From Escherichia coli (lineage in GTDB: Bacteria; Pseudomonadota; Gammaproteobacteria; Enterobacterales; Enterobacteriaceae), in NCBI RefSeq assembly GCF_024223415.1, contig NZ_CP100500.1: 64,000 nt of DNA; one strand, 5' to 3'. The notes under the pieces are model-generated. The model did not search any database and was not told the origin of the DNA. It saw only the letters and a list, made by a program, of their open reading frames with translations. Positions within the stretch are counted from its first letter, which is position 1. The number at the start of each line of letters is the position of its first letter. Below are positions 12,403 to 23,661 of this stretch, in pieces. A program made the translations under genes and the position numbers.

Positions 12403-13125
12403 GTGGCGACACTCTTTATTGCAGATCTTCATCTCTGCGTGGAAGAACCGGCGATCACCGCCGGTTTTCTGCGTTTTTTAGCGGGGGAAGCTCGCAAGGC
12501 CGACGCGCTGTATATTCTTGGCGATCTGTTTGAAGCGTGGATTGGCGACGACGATCCCAACCCACTCCATCGCCAGATGGCGGCGGCGATCAAAGCGGTG
12601 TCCGATTCCGGCGTTCCCTGTTATTTCATTCATGGCAACCGTGATTTTCTGCTCGGCAAACGCTTTGCCCGTGAAAGCGGCATGACGTTATTGCCGGAAG
12701 AAAAGGTGCTCGAACTTTATGGTCGCCGGGTGTTGATTATGCATGGCGACACGCTGTGCACCGATGACGCGGGTTATCAGGCTTTTCGCGCCAAGGTCCA
12801 CAAACCCTGGCTGCAGACGCTATTCCTCGCCCTGCCGTTGTTTGTGCGCAAACGCATTGCCGCGCGAATGCGCGCGAACAGTAAAGAAGCCAACAGCAGT
12901 AAATCGCTGGCGATCATGGACGTTAACCAAAACGCGGTGGTCAGTGCGATGGAAAAACATCAGGTGCAATGGCTGATTCACGGGCATACCCATCGCCCGG
13001 CGGTACATGAACTTATCGCCAACCAGCAACCTGCTTTTCGCGTGGTACTCGGTGCCTGGCATACAGAAGGTTCGATGGTGAAAGTCACGGCGGATGACGT
13101 TGAGCTGATTCATTTTCCGTTTTAA
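12403..13125 (+). CDS. lpxH: UDP-2,3-diacylglucosamine hydrolase
   Basis: 240-aa [14 protein letters not shown]... with calcineurin-like metallophosphatase motifs (GDLFEAW, GNRD). Confidence 0.95.
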   Translation: MATLFIADLHLCVEEPAITAGFLRFLAGEARKADALYILGDLFEAWIGDDDPNPLHRQMAAAIKAVSDSGVPCYFIHGNRDFLLGKRFARESGMTLLPEEKVLELYGRRVLIMHGDTLCTDDAGYQAFRAKVHKPWLQTLFLALPLFVRKRIAARMRANSKEANSSKSLAIMDVNQNAVVSAMEKHQVQWLIHGHTHRPAVHELIANQQPAFRVVLGAWHTEGSMVKVTADDVELIHFPF

Positions 13126-13242
13126 AAAACCCGCAACTTTGCTGATTTCACAGCCACGCAACCGTTTTCCTTGCTCTCTTTCCGTGCTATTCTCTGTGCC
13201 CTCTAAAGCCGAGAGTTGTGCACCACAGGAGTTTTAAGACGC

Positions 13243-13752
13243 ATGTCTTCCCGCAATAATCCGGCGCGTGTCGCCATCGTGATGGGGTCCAAAAGCGACT
13301 GGGCTACCATGCAGTTCGCCGCCGAAATCTTCGAAATCCTGAATGTCCCGCACCACGTTGAAGTGGTTTCTGCTCACCGCACCCCCGATAAACTGTTCAG
13401 CTTCGCCGAAAGCGCCGAAGAGAACGGTTATCAGGTGATTATTGCGGGCGCAGGCGGCGCAGCGCACCTGCCAGGCATGATTGCTGCCAAAACGCTGGTG
13501 CCAGTGCTGGGCGTGCCAGTACAGAGCGCCGCACTGAGCGGTGTCGATAGCCTCTACTCCATCGTACAAATGCCGCGCGGCATTCCGGTGGGTACGCTGG
13601 CGATTGGTAAAGCTGGCGCGGCAAACGCGGCGTTACTGGCAGCACAAATTCTTGCGACTCATGATAAAGAACTGCACCAGCGTCTGAATGACTGGCGCAA
13701 AGCCCAGACCGACGAAGTGCTGGAAAACCCGGACCCGCGAGGTGCGGCATGA
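13243..13752 (+). CDS. purE: N5-carboxyaminoimidazole ribonucleotide mutase
   Basis: 169-aa product from [20 protein letters not shown]... Confidence 0.95.
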   Translation: MSSRNNPARVAIVMGSKSDWATMQFAAEIFEILNVPHHVEVVSAHRTPDKLFSFAESAEENGYQVIIAGAGGAAHLPGMIAAKTLVPVLGVPVQSAALSGVDSLYSIVQMPRGIPVGTLAIGKAGAANAALLAAQILATHDKELHQRLNDWRKAQTDEVLENPDPRGAA

Positions 13753-14816
13753 AACAGGTTTGCGTCCTCGGTAACGGGCAGTTAGGCCGTATGCTGCGTC
13801 AGGCAGGCGAACCGTTAGGCATTGCTGTCTGGCCAGTCGGGCTGGACGCTGAACCGGCGGCGGTGCCTTTTCAACAAAGCGTGATTACCGCTGAGATCGA
13901 ACGCTGGCCGGAAACCGCATTAACCCGCGAGCTGGCGCGCCATCCGGCCTTTGTGAACCGCGATGTGTTCCCGATTATTGCTGACCGTCTGACTCAGAAG
14001 CAGCTTTTCGATAAGCTCCACCTGCCGACCGCACCGTGGCAGTTACTTGCCGATCGCAGCGAGTGGCCTGCGGTGTTTGATCGTTTAGGTGAGCTGGCGA
14101 TTGTTAAGCGTCGCACTGGTGGCTATGACGGTCGCGGTCAATGGCGTTTACGTGCCGATGAAACCGAACAGTTACCGGCTGAATGCTACGGCGAATGTAT
14201 AGTCGAGCAGGGCATAAACTTCTCTGGTGAAGTGTCGCTGGTTGGCGCGCGCGGCTTTGATGGCAGCACCGTGTTTTATCCGCTGACGCATAACCTGCAT
14301 CAGGACGGTATTTTGCGCACCAGCGTCGCTTTCCCGCAGGCCAATGCACAGCAGCAAGCGCAAGCCGAAGAGATGCTGTCGGCGATTATGCAGGAGCTGG
14401 GCTATGTGGGCGTGATGGCGATGGAGTGTTTTGTCACCCCGCAAGGTCTGCTGATCAACGAACTGGCTCCGCGTGTGCATAACAGCGGTCACTGGACACA
14501 AAACGGTGCCAGCATCAGCCAGTTTGAGCTGCATCTGCGGGCGATTACCGATCTGCCGTTACCGCAACCAGTGGTGAATAATCCGTCGGTGATGATCAAT
14601 CTGATTGGTAGCGATGTGAATTATGACTGGCTGAAACTGCCGCTGGTGAATCTGCACTGGTACGACAAAGAAGTCCGTCCGGGCCGTAAAGTGGGGCATC
14701 TGAATTTGACCGACAGCGACACATCGCGTCTGTCCGCGACGCTGGAAGCCTTAATCCCGCTGCTGCCGCCGGAGTATGCCAGCGGCGTGATGTGGGCACA
14801 GAGTAAGTTCAGTTAA
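13749..14816 (+). CDS. purK: N5-carboxyaminoimidazole ribonucleotide synthase
   Basis: 355-aa ATP-grasp ORF overlapping the purE stop (operon). Confidence 0.95.
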   Translation: MKQVCVLGNGQLGRMLRQAGEPLGIAVWPVGLDAEPAAVPFQQSVITAEIERWPETALTRELARHPAFVNRDVFPIIADRLTQKQLFDKLHLPTAPWQLLADRSEWPAVFDRLGELAIVKRRTGGYDGRGQWRLRADETEQLPAECYGECIVEQGINFSGEVSLVGARGFDGSTVFYPLTHNLHQDGILRTSVAFPQANAQQQAQAEEMLSAIMQELGYVGVMAMECFVTPQGLLINELAPRVHNSGHWTQNGASISQFELHLRAITDLPLPQPVVNNPSVMINLIGSDVNYDWLKLPLVNLHWYDKEVRPGRKVGHLNLTDSDTSRLSATLEALIPLLPPEYASGVMWAQSKFS

Positions 14817-14829
14817 CCTGGTGCTCATT

Positions 14830-14925
14830 TGATTGCCGGATGCGGCGTGAACGCCTTATCCGGCCTACACCGCTCCGGTACCCATTGTAGGCCTGATAAG
14901 ACGCGTCAAGCGTCGCATCAGGCAT
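14830..14925. repeat. REP/BIME palindromic units between purK and ybcF
   Basis: GCCGGATGCGGCGTGAACGCCTTATCCGGCCTAC and GTAGGCCTGATAAGACGCGTCAAGCGTCGCATCAGGC, typical REP sequences. Confidence 0.7.
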
Positions 14926-14954
14926 GGTGCACCGATTGCTGGATGCTCTCATCA

Positions 14955-15848
14955 CTACAGCGAAATACAGGTCCCCGCTTCGCCCGCCAGCGTCTCTTCA
15001 ATTCGCGATAACGCCCCAATCCACGCGGGTTTACCACGGCTTCTGACATAACCACTCACCGCCGTTACCTTCGGCCCCATCGAACCATCGGCTTTGGCAA
15101 ATGGCGCTAACTCATCCGGTGTGGCATGGCGAATGGCACGTTGCTGCGGCGTTCCCCAGTTTTCATATACCGCATCAGCATCGGTGAGGATCACCAGTCC
15201 ATCTGCATTAATCTGCTCGGCGAGCAACGCAGCGGCGAGATCTTTATCAATCACCGCTTCACTCCCTGCTCCGTCATCCGTCACAGGCACACCGCCGCCG
15301 CCGCTGCAAATCACCACATGCCCCTCTTTGAGCAACAACTCGATGGCTTCGCTGTCGAGAATTTTACGCGGTTGCGGAGACGCCACCACCCGGCGCAAAT
15401 ATTTACCATCACGTTTCATCTGCCAGCCGTAAGCCGCTTCCAGTGCCTCTTGTTCTTCTGGCTGATAAACCGGACCAATAAATTTCTCTGGCTGCAAAAA
15501 CGCCGGATCATCAGGCGAAACTTCAATGCGCGTCAGCACCGTCGTGACAGGCGGCATCTGCGGCTGTGCGCTCAAACTCTGCGCCAGCATATAGCCAATC
15601 ATCCCCTGACTTTCTGCCACCAGCACATCCAGCGGATACGGTTCTACCTCTTTCCACGCCAGATTCTGCAATGCCAGCAACCCCACCTGCGGCCCGTTGC
15701 CGTGAACAATCGCCAGCCGATAAGAACGGGCCAGGCGCGCCAGCGCGGGTACAGCACTGGCGATATTGCGATATTGATTTTCTGCCGTCAGCGCCTCACC
15801 GCGCTGGAGTAAGGCGTTGCCCCCAAGAGCTACAACCAGTGTTTTCAT
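14955..15848 (-). CDS. ybcF: Carbamate kinase-like protein
   Basis: 297-aa product from [18 protein letters not shown]...; amino-acid kinase family. Confidence 0.85.
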   Translation of the reverse strand: MKTLVVALGGNALLQRGEALTAENQYRNIASAVPALARLARSYRLAIVHGNGPQVGLLALQNLAWKEVEPYPLDVLVAESQGMIGYMLAQSLSAQPQMPPVTTVLTRIEVSPDDPAFLQPEKFIGPVYQPEEQEALEAAYGWQMKRDGKYLRRVVASPQPRKILDSEAIELLLKEGHVVICSGGGGVPVTDDGAGSEAVIDKDLAAALLAEQINADGLVILTDADAVYENWGTPQQRAIRHATPDELAPFAKADGSMGPKVTAVSGYVRSRGKPAWIGALSRIEETLAGEAGTCISL

Positions 15849-16660
15849 GGTTTTCCTTGTAATAATTGTTGGCCAAGCCAAAACCCCAGCAGCGTATCTG
15901 CCCCTGACGTATGCCCCAGCGCCAGCAGCGAATCAATCGCAACAGCGGTACGTTTCGGGCAACTCAGAGCATGAACAAAGTGCAGGAGTGGCGAGGCGAA
16001 ATATCCTTGCGCGGCATAACGTAAATAACTGACGCTCACCGCTGTGGTAACGAGTTGCAGATTGTCGGAACAGGCAAAAAACGGACGACCGGAGCGCGCA
16101 TCTAAAGCGCCATAATACCAGGCCGCCAGCAGCATTCCGCTCAGCGTGTCATCATGACTCGGCGTTAATCCGGGGCCTTTACCCAGCCAGTGCCGCCAGT
16201 CGGTCTTAACGCCATTGAGCGCGGCCTGAAAACAGTGACGAAACTGGCGTAACTCAGCAGGCAGCGGATCGCTTGCCGCCAACGCCAGTGGCCCGAAAAG
16301 CCCGTTTTCCTCCGCGCGTTGCATCCATGCAGCTGCAAGTGGTTGAGGATGCGCAGGCGGCGTAATACGCAGCAAACAATAACGCTGTGGCTGTTTAACC
16401 GTGAAACGCCCGAGGCGAATCCCTTGAGCCACAACCTGTGGTCGTTCATTGCCGCATAATCCACCGCATAACGCATCGAATTGCGCACGGCGAAGCACCC
16501 ATCCTCCGGGGCCGAAACCACTACCCTGACGATGCAGCGTTAACAGTTCGCCGCTTTCCGTCATCAGGTTAATCGCCCGCCGCCACACTCCCGCTAACCG
16601 CCAGGACTGGCGATAATTCGGTGCGCTACTACTGGCAAGCAGAGGATGGATGATCGTCAT
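15845..16660 (-). CDS. ylbF: DUF2877-family protein YlbF
   Basis: 271-aa product from [11 protein letters not shown]...; conserved fdrA-ylbE-ylbF-ybcF cluster. Confidence 0.8.
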   Translation of the reverse strand: MTIIHPLLASSSAPNYRQSWRLAGVWRRAINLMTESGELLTLHRQGSGFGPGGWVLRRAQFDALCGGLCGNERPQVVAQGIRLGRFTVKQPQRYCLLRITPPAHPQPLAAAWMQRAEENGLFGPLALAASDPLPAELRQFRHCFQAALNGVKTDWRHWLGKGPGLTPSHDDTLSGMLLAAWYYGALDARSGRPFFACSDNLQLVTTAVSVSYLRYAAQGYFASPLLHFVHALSCPKRTAVAIDSLLALGHTSGADTLLGFWLGQQLLQGKP

Positions 16661-16670
16661 TGCGCGTTCC

Positions 16671-17930
16671 TCAACCAATCCCCATGCTTTCAGCCAGTGC
16701 TTCCAGCGCCTGTTCAAAACACGCCAGCGGTGCCCGCACGGTGCCTGCGCCAATCTGCCCGATCCCCGCCTCTTTATGGGCGATACCGGTATTGATGAGT
16801 GGCGTAATGCCGGTTTCTACCACGCGACGAATGTCCAGTCCCAGGCACGCGCCCTGAAAATCCCAGCTTGGGATCTGCAACTGCATATTGCGTTCAAGGT
16901 AAATTTCCGCCATCTCTTCAGATACCGCCCTGGCCGCTTCCATGCCACCCGCACCGACAAAGCGCGTTACGCCAGGCGCTGCGATCATTGCCGCACCTCC
17001 GATACCAAAGGTTTCGGTAATCGCGCTATCGCCCATATCCGGGTTCGCCTGCTCCTGCGAGAAGCCGGTGAAAAACAGACCTTGCGGAGTGTTTACAGGC
17101 GCAGTAAACCAGCGTTCGCCCAGCCCGCTTACCCGAATCCCGAACATATTGCCGTTGCGGGTCATTGCCGTGACGATGCTGCCTGCGCGGATCATCGCGC
17201 CAGCATCCATCGCCGCCTTGCAGTAAGCCATCGCGAGGTTGAGGAAGAACTGATCGGTCACGCTGAGGAAATCCATCACTTCCGCGATGTGCTGTTTATC
17301 ATGATCGAGGCGAGCAATTTGTGGGGCCAGCGCACGCATTAACAGTGCTGAGGAAGCAATATTGCGTTGATGGAACTCATCGCCCATCGTAATGCCCTGC
17401 GCCATCATCGCAGTAAGATCGATACCGCGCTCCATGCGCCCCAGCGCCGCGCTTAATACTGGCATTAACACATCGCGCATCCAGCGATGGCGAGTCAGGA
17501 CATCTTCGCCGTAAGCGCCAAAACGCATCACTTTGCCGATACCTTCGTTGAGGTTGCAGTACGCCCGGTTGCCGTCGGTCACGTTCTCGACCACCAGCAT
17601 CGGCATACTGGCAGAAGTAATACCGCCCATTGGCCCGACGGCATTCACATGGTGACAAGGAATGAAGTTCACTTCCCCCAGATCCAGCATCGCCAGTGCC
17701 TGCGCTTCATCTTTCGCCCAGCCTTCAAACAGACATGCGCCCACGCACGCCCCTTTCATTGGCCCGGTCATCTCCTGCCAGCGCATTGGTGGCCCGGCGT
17801 GAAGCAGTGTTTTGCCCTGGTTTAACGCACTGATGAGTGAAGATGCTGGTTTAACATCCAGCCAGTGTGGACGAGCGCGACGAATTTGTTCGATAACCGC
17901 AGCATTGGCTTGCGCCACTGATGTAAACAT
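16671..17930 (-). CDS. ylbE: DUF1116-family protein YlbE (intact here)
   Basis: Single 419-aa ORF with no frameshift. Confidence 0.8.
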   Translation of the reverse strand: MFTSVAQANAAVIEQIRRARPHWLDVKPASSLISALNQGKTLLHAGPPMRWQEMTGPMKGACVGACLFEGWAKDEAQALAMLDLGEVNFIPCHHVNAVGPMGGITSASMPMLVVENVTDGNRAYCNLNEGIGKVMRFGAYGEDVLTRHRWMRDVLMPVLSAALGRMERGIDLTAMMAQGITMGDEFHQRNIASSALLMRALAPQIARLDHDKQHIAEVMDFLSVTDQFFLNLAMAYCKAAMDAGAMIRAGSIVTAMTRNGNMFGIRVSGLGERWFTAPVNTPQGLFFTGFSQEQANPDMGDSAITETFGIGGAAMIAAPGVTRFVGAGGMEAARAVSEEMAEIYLERNMQLQIPSWDFQGACLGLDIRRVVETGITPLINTGIAHKEAGIGQIGAGTVRAPLACFEQALEALAESMGIG

Positions 17931-17939
17931 GGGAACCCC

Positions 17940-19607
17940 TTATTGCAAACGTTCTAATAAACGAGCCAGTTTTTTATTGCCGCCGGCGACTGGCGCCCAT
18001 TGGTAATGCACCACCGGTTTGCTGGCGCTTTGTAGTTCCAGCGCAAAACTGCGTAATCCGATGTTAATCACGGCGACGTTTTCCAGTAATGACGGTGTGT
18101 GTTGCTGTGCGGCAGGCGAGAGCGGATGAATTAACGCTGCCGCCAGCAAGGTGGCTTCCGGTAGCGAACTCACGACCGCAATCCCCGCATCTTCCAGCGT
18201 GGCGATTTGCTGCGAGCGGCATTGCGGGTCACGTTCAGTGCCTGTCACCGTGGCAATGGCATACAGTGGTTGATTGTCTGAACGCGCAGCACAGGCTTTT
18301 TGCCAGGCGCTTACCAGCGAGGCGGCAGGATCGGCGGTCGCACCGAAGCCAATCACGACATCAAGCAGCAGCACACGCACTTGCGGTTTAGCGCCGAGAT
18401 CGGCAATTAACTGGTTGCGTAAGGTTGGGTCGATCATCGGATGGGGACGCCCGACTGTGTAGAAATCATCGCCGAGGTCAATAATCTGGTGACCATCGGC
18501 GTCGAGCATCATGCCGTGATGATGGGCATCATCGGCTTCCACGCCAAGGTGTCCGGCAAGTAATCCCGCCGCTTCGGCAGCCAGCGTACCGCCGGTATAC
18601 AAACCGCAAATAAATCCGCTGCTGGCAGGCGTTATCGCGTTACGTCGCGCCGTAACGCGTGAAAGCAGGCAAGCCAGGCGTGCGGCCTCATCCAGCGAGG
18701 AGGCAAACCAGACATTCTCGTCGCGGGCCACCGCCGGGGTATAACCTAAAAACAGCGCCACCGTCGGTTTGCCGGTTGCTTTCATGGCATTAACAATTTT
18801 CAGACGCACCGCTTCGGCAGGTGGTTTTGAAACAAATGCCAGCACTTCGCTTTTCTCGTCTGCACTGAGCATCTCCAGCGCCGTCAGCGCACTGATGCCG
18901 CCCACTTCACGGCTGAGGTCGCGGCCGCCAAGGCCAATCGCGTGAGTAATTCCCTCCCCTGCCAGCGCAATCTGCGAACACAGCTCCTGAATCCCGGTAC
19001 CGGAAGCGCCAATGACGCCAATATTGCCTTCCGGCATCACGTTAGCAAAAGCCAGCGGCGTGGCGGCAATCATCGACGTACCGCAGTCCGGCCCCATCAC
19101 CAGCAAGCCTTTTTCCCGCGCGCGGGTTTTAAGTTGGATTTCATCTTCCAGCGTGACGTTATCGGAGAACATCATCACGTTGAGGTTGCGATCCAGCGCC
19201 TGATTCGCCAGCTCCGCCGCATACTCGCCAGCCACTGAAATCAGCGCCAGATTGGCATCGGGTAATTTCTGACAGGCACTGTCCCAGCGACGCACCTGCG
19301 TCAACGCCTGGCTGCTGCCTGACCCCTGCGCCAGTTGTTTTAGCGCCTCTTCAAGCTGCTGCATAATCGCCTGCGCGATCCCCGCATCCGCCGCTTCGCT
19401 ACGAATTGCCACGCAAATATCGTTCGGCGTGGCGTTATTAAAATCGTCATGCCAGAAACCTGTGGTATCTAATAACGCTTTATTGGCGGGCGTACCCATC
19501 ATTACGGAAACATCATCAACATTTTCTGATTCGCTGAGTTTTCGTGAAATAATCATTAAACTGACCGAATCCTGAAAACACCCTTTTTTAATAAAGGCGT
19601 GGATCAT
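17940..19607 (-). CDS. fdrA: Acyl-CoA synthetase-like protein FdrA
   Basis: 555-aa ORF; succinyl-CoA synthetase alpha-like CoA-binding fold. Confidence 0.85.
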   Translation of the reverse strand: MIHAFIKKGCFQDSVSLMIISRKLSESENVDDVSVMMGTPANKALLDTTGFWHDDFNNATPNDICVAIRSEAADAGIAQAIMQQLEEALKQLAQGSGSSQALTQVRRWDSACQKLPDANLALISVAGEYAAELANQALDRNLNVMMFSDNVTLEDEIQLKTRAREKGLLVMGPDCGTSMIAATPLAFANVMPEGNIGVIGASGTGIQELCSQIALAGEGITHAIGLGGRDLSREVGGISALTALEMLSADEKSEVLAFVSKPPAEAVRLKIVNAMKATGKPTVALFLGYTPAVARDENVWFASSLDEAARLACLLSRVTARRNAITPASSGFICGLYTGGTLAAEAAGLLAGHLGVEADDAHHHGMMLDADGHQIIDLGDDFYTVGRPHPMIDPTLRNQLIADLGAKPQVRVLLLDVVIGFGATADPAASLVSAWQKACAARSDNQPLYAIATVTGTERDPQCRSQQIATLEDAGIAVVSSLPEATLLAAALIHPLSPAAQQHTPSLLENVAVINIGLRSFALELQSASKPVVHYQWAPVAGGNKKLARLLERLQ

Positions 19608-19923
19608 AACAACTCCTTAAAAATTGCACCCATGGCAATTGCACGAGCAGTGTTAATGTGGCGATTACGGTATCGATGACAACGAGTAAATAAGGTGATG
19701 AATATCACACAGGGATTATTAACAAAAGAATTCAAATAACCGCCAGACTATTACGCGTTATTTTTTAATAAGCATGGTTGTTTTAAAAACCAGGTTAAAA
19801 GCGCGAAGATTATCAAATAAATTCTAACTATATTTTTTTGCCTGTCTGGATCACATAATCCAGATATTTTCCCTGTATGTTAATTGCAGTCATGCTTCAC
19901 ACCGTCGTTAAAAAGGAAGACAG

Positions 19924-20973
19924 ATGAAAATCAGTCGGGAAACACTCCACCAGCTAATTGAGAATAAACTCTGCCAGGCTGGGTTAAAACGTGAGCACGC
20001 TGCAACCGTGGCTGAAGTATTGGTTTACGCCGATGCCAGAGGGATCCACTCTCATGGCGCGGTGCGCGTGGAATACTACGCGGAACGCATTTCAAAAGGC
20101 GGCACCAACCGCGAACCGGAGTTTCGTCTTGAGGAAACCGGGCCGTGCTCGGCAATTTTACATGCCGACAATGCCGCCGGACAGGTCGCGGCGAAAATGG
20201 GTATGGAACATGCCATCAAAACCGCCCAGCAAAATGGCGTTGCGGTGGTCGGTATCAGCCGGATGGGTCACAGCGGCGCAATCTCTTATTTTGTGCAGCA
20301 GGCAGCCCGCGCCGGATTAATTGGCATTTCGATGTGCCAGTCCGATCCAATGGTGGTGCCGTTTGGCGGCGCGGAAATTTACTACGGTACTAACCCACTG
20401 GCCTTTGCCGCGCCGGGAGAAGGCGACGAGATCCTTACCTTTGATATGGCGACTACCGTACAGGCATGGGGAAAAGTGCTCGACGCCCGCTCGCGTAATA
20501 TGTCTATCCCGGATACCTGGGCGGTCGATAAAAACGGTGCACCAACAACCGATCCGTTCGCGGTACATGCTCTGCTCCCCGCAGCCGGGCCGAAAGGGTA
20601 TGGCCTGATGATGATGATTGACGTCCTCTCAGGCGTCTTACTCGGCTTACCGTTCGGGCGACAGGTTAGTTCGATGTATGACGATTTACACGCCGGGCGT
20701 AATTTGGGGCAATTACATGTAGTTATTAACCCGAACTTTTTCTCCTCCAGCGAATTATTCCGTCAACATCTTAGCCAGACCATGCGCGAATTAAATGCCA
20801 TTACCCCCGCGCCCGGTTTTAATCAGGTTTATTATCCCGGACAGGATCAGGATATTAAACAACGCAAAGCCGCCGTCGAAGGCATCGAAATTGTTGATGA
20901 TATTTACCAGTATTTAATTTCCGACGCGCTTTATAACACGTCATACGAAACGAAAAATCCCTTTGCGCAATAA
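19924..20973 (+). CDS. allD: Ureidoglycolate dehydrogenase
   Basis: 349-aa ORF MKISRETLHQLIENKLCQAGL...; first gene of the allDCE operon. Confidence 0.9.
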   Translation: MKISRETLHQLIENKLCQAGLKREHAATVAEVLVYADARGIHSHGAVRVEYYAERISKGGTNREPEFRLEETGPCSAILHADNAAGQVAAKMGMEHAIKTAQQNGVAVVGISRMGHSGAISYFVQQAARAGLIGISMCQSDPMVVPFGGAEIYYGTNPLAFAAPGEGDEILTFDMATTVQAWGKVLDARSRNMSIPDTWAVDKNGAPTTDPFAVHALLPAAGPKGYGLMMMIDVLSGVLLGLPFGRQVSSMYDDLHAGRNLGQLHVVINPNFFSSSELFRQHLSQTMRELNAITPAPGFNQVYYPGQDQDIKQRKAAVEGIEIVDDIYQYLISDALYNTSYETKNPFAQ

Positions 20974-20994
20974 TTATTGAGACAGGACTTTCTT

Positions 20995-22230
20995 ATGATT
21001 ACACATTTTCGTCAAGCCATAGAAGAAGCGCTGCCCTGGCTTTCCTCATTTGGCGCTGACCCAACGGGTGGGATGACCCGTTTACTTTATTCGCCGGAAT
21101 GGCTGGAAACCCAGCAGCAATTTAAAAAAAGAATGGCCGCAAGTGGGCTGGAAACACGTTTCGATGAAGTGGGGAATTTATACGGTCGCCTGAGTGGCAC
21201 CGAATATCCACAGGAAGTGGTTCTGAGCGGTTCGCATATCGATACCGTGGTTAACGGCGGTAACCTCGACGGGCAATTCGGCGCGCTGGCGGCGTGGCTG
21301 GCAATTGACTGGCTGAAAACTCAATACGGCGCACCGCTGCGTACGGTTGAAGTGGTGGCGATGGCGGAAGAAGAAGGCAGCCGCTTCCCGTATGTTTTCT
21401 GGGGCAGTAAAAATATCTTTGGGCTGGCGAATCCTGACGACGTGCGGAATATCTGTGATGCCAAAGGAAATAGTTTTGTCGATGCGATGAAGGCTTGCGG
21501 ATTTACTCTGCCGGACGCCCCGCTAACTCCGCGTCAGGATATTAAAGCCTTTGTCGAACTGCATATCGAACAGGGCTGTGTGCTGGAAAGTAATGGGCAA
21601 TCAATTGGCGTGGTGAATGCAATTGTCGGGCAACGTCGCTATACGGTGACGCTGAACGGCGAATCAAACCATGCAGGCACCACGCCGATGGATTATCGTC
21701 GTGATACGGTTTACGCTTTCAGTCGCATTTGCCATCAGTCGATCGAAAAAGCGAAAAAGATGGGCGACCCGCTGGTGCTGACCTTTGGTAAGGTGGAGCC
21801 GCGCCCGAATACGGTGAATGTGGTGCCGGGTAAAACCACGTTCACCATTGATTGTCGTCATACCGACGCCGCCGTGCTGCGTGATTTCACCCAACAGTTA
21901 GAAAACGACATGCGGGCGATTTGCGATGAAATGGACATTGGTATTGATATCGATTTATGGATGGACGAAGAACCCGTGCCGATGAATAAGGACCTGGTCG
22001 CCACCCTGACAGAATTGTGTGAAAGTGAAAAACTGAATTACCGGGTGATGCACAGTGGTGCCGGGCACGACGCGCAAATTTTCGCGCCTCGCGTGCCGAC
22101 CTGCATGATTTTCATTCCCAGCATCAATGGGATCAGCCATAACCCGGCGGAACGCACCAATATTACCGACCTTGCCGAAGGGGTCAAAACGTTGGCACTC
22201 ATGCTTTATCAACTTGCCTGGCAGAAATAA
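20995..22230 (+). CDS. allC: Allantoate amidohydrolase
   Basis: 411-aa product from MITHFRQAIEEALPW...; M20 peptidase family. Confidence 0.9.
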   Translation: MITHFRQAIEEALPWLSSFGADPTGGMTRLLYSPEWLETQQQFKKRMAASGLETRFDEVGNLYGRLSGTEYPQEVVLSGSHIDTVVNGGNLDGQFGALAAWLAIDWLKTQYGAPLRTVEVVAMAEEEGSRFPYVFWGSKNIFGLANPDDVRNICDAKGNSFVDAMKACGFTLPDAPLTPRQDIKAFVELHIEQGCVLESNGQSIGVVNAIVGQRRYTVTLNGESNHAGTTPMDYRRDTVYAFSRICHQSIEKAKKMGDPLVLTFGKVEPRPNTVNVVPGKTTFTIDCRHTDAAVLRDFTQQLENDMRAICDEMDIGIDIDLWMDEEPVPMNKDLVATLTELCESEKLNYRVMHSGAGHDAQIFAPRVPTCMIFIPSINGISHNPAERTNITDLAEGVKTLALMLYQLAWQK

Positions 22231-22236
22231 GGAGTC

Positions 22237-22249
22237 ATAAATGGGATAT
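22237..22249. repeat. attL core: left copy of the 13-bp direct repeat ATAAATGGGATAT (includes the native allE ATG)
   Basis: Matches ATAAAAGGGATAT at 33890-33902 in 12 of 13 positions; the allE start codon plus 2 codons are followed by foreign sequence. Confidence 0.6.
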
Positions 22250-22322
22250 ATCTATAACTTATTTTCAATAAGGTATTGATTTAATTAAACAACTTACACT
22301 ACAAAAAGTGCCAAAAATCGCA

Positions 22323-22347
22323 AATTAACTACACCATTAACTACACC
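22323..22347. repeat. Tandem AATTAACTACACC / ATTAACTACACC repeats, left arm (candidate integrase arm-type sites)
   Basis: The same 25-bp tandem is present at 33743-33767 next to int; flanking ~60 bp is also similar at both ends. Confidence 0.5.
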
Positions 22348-22639
22348 GTTCGGCGCACTGTATGAAACAACGTGGAACAAATAGGCACAAGAAATATAAA
22401 GGCGGGTAATTTTAAGGGGGCGTTGCTGTCGATACGGGGATCCACATATCGAGATTGATACCTGGCTTTTTTTCCGGTTAACCTTTAATCAGGCTGGTGG
22501 GCTTTACCTGTTCTGTAGGAGTGGTCATTATGACCATTCAGCCAATGACCTTAATCAGAATTTTTCGCTAAAAAATGACGTTGGCCACGTCATCCGGAAA
22601 GCACAAAATCACGTCGATTTTTAATGGATGGTTAAACCG

Positions 22640-23000
22640 TCTTTTTGTCACGGTGTGTCACTGGTTGTCACGCTCTGTCACGATGTCCGGCCTCCTCACA
22701 TTGAGGATTGTGGAAGAATCAATGGGTTAGTCTTACTACCCAAACTACGGGTAGTTTCCGTAGTTTCATGGTCGAGTTGCAGATCTGCAACTCCCCCATC
22801 AACCACAGGCGAATTTCCGCCTTCGGTCATTCCTTAATCATCTGCGTAATCATAATGATTATTCAGCCACCTCAATTTTGAGGTTTGCTTTAAGTTCAGC
22901 GAGTTACCGCGCCGACTTCCTCAAATTGAGGTTTCCGAAAATATCAGTGGGTTAGCGATTAAGCTGACCATTAATTAAACTGCGAAAATTTCGTAGTTTG
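22640..23000. promoter_or_regulatory. Repeat-dense non-coding region; candidate packaging (cos-like) or TerS-binding region
   Basis: Four TGTCAC copies at exact 10-bp spacing (22646-22681); 20-bp perfect palindrome GAGTTGCAGATCTGCAACTC (22774-22793); three CCTCA-N3/4-TGAGG inverted repeats; no convincing ORF. Confidence 0.35.
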
Positions 23001-23087
23001 TGACTGTCTTTCAGGCAGCTTGTTATCAGTCCTCAGATGTGAGGGATGTAGCCAGCGCAATTTTGCGTTATCGGGAATATCAGCAAG

Positions 23088-23369
23088 TTACCGCCGTAAC
23101 CGTTCCGGCTTCTTCCACTGATAAGTGTTTTTCGCGCTCTCCTGATACATCGCCACGCGTCGACGGTATGCCAGCAACTCTAGTACTCTGATTCGTATGT
23201 CGCGCATATCCACGCCGTTAAGCTCAATACCATCACGGCGCATTACATCAGCAACAACACGCACGTAATTTTCGGCGATCACGCTGTCCGGCTGCGTGGC
23301 CTGTTCGTCATGCTGCTGGCTGATTCCGGTAACGCGGCGGATTAATCCCAGTAGTTCGGCTTCTGTCAT
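23088..23369 (-). CDS. Hypothetical protein (island, distal to head module)
   Basis: 93-aa ORF; no recognisable domain; coding status uncertain. Confidence 0.3.
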   Translation of the reverse strand: MTEAELLGLIRRVTGISQQHDEQATQPDSVIAENYVRVVADVMRRDGIELNGVDMRDIRIRVLELLAYRRRVAMYQESAKNTYQWKKPERLRR

Positions 23370-23423
23370 TGTGCCCCCATCGCTCTGATAGTCTGGTGTC
23401 GTCGGGTCCTTCTGGAATTATGG

Positions 23424-23468
23424 CCCGTTACGGGGCGTCGACCTCGCGGTTTTTCGCTATTTATGAGC
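23424..23468. repeat. Inverted repeat, left copy (flanks the Nu1-like gene cassette)
   Basis: Its reverse complement matches 24169-24212 in about 42 of 44 positions, including a perfect 25-bp core CGCGAGGTCGACGCCCCGTAACGGG. Confidence 0.7.
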
Positions 23469-23661
23469 TTTTTTAGAGGGAGGTTGTTGTTTAATTGTTT
23501 GTCATATCCATTTGATAACTAAGTAAAAATAAAGAGCAATACAACAACCTGATAGTGTTTTTTTGATGCTAAAAATAAAAAAATACTAATTGAATCAAAT
23601 AGTTTTAAAAAAATACGTGGTTGTTGTATTGCGTATTTGATGGCGTAACAGAAAGTGATTT

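Noticed and set aside
14830-14925. REP palindromes as candidate mobile-element ends or CRISPR-like repeats
   Set aside because: They match ordinary E. coli REP/BIME intergenic palindromes at expected positions between convergent or tandem genes.
15094-15812. Plus-strand ORFs antisense to ybcF
   Set aside because: Overlap a conserved gene on the opposite strand; R/H/Q-rich junk translations.
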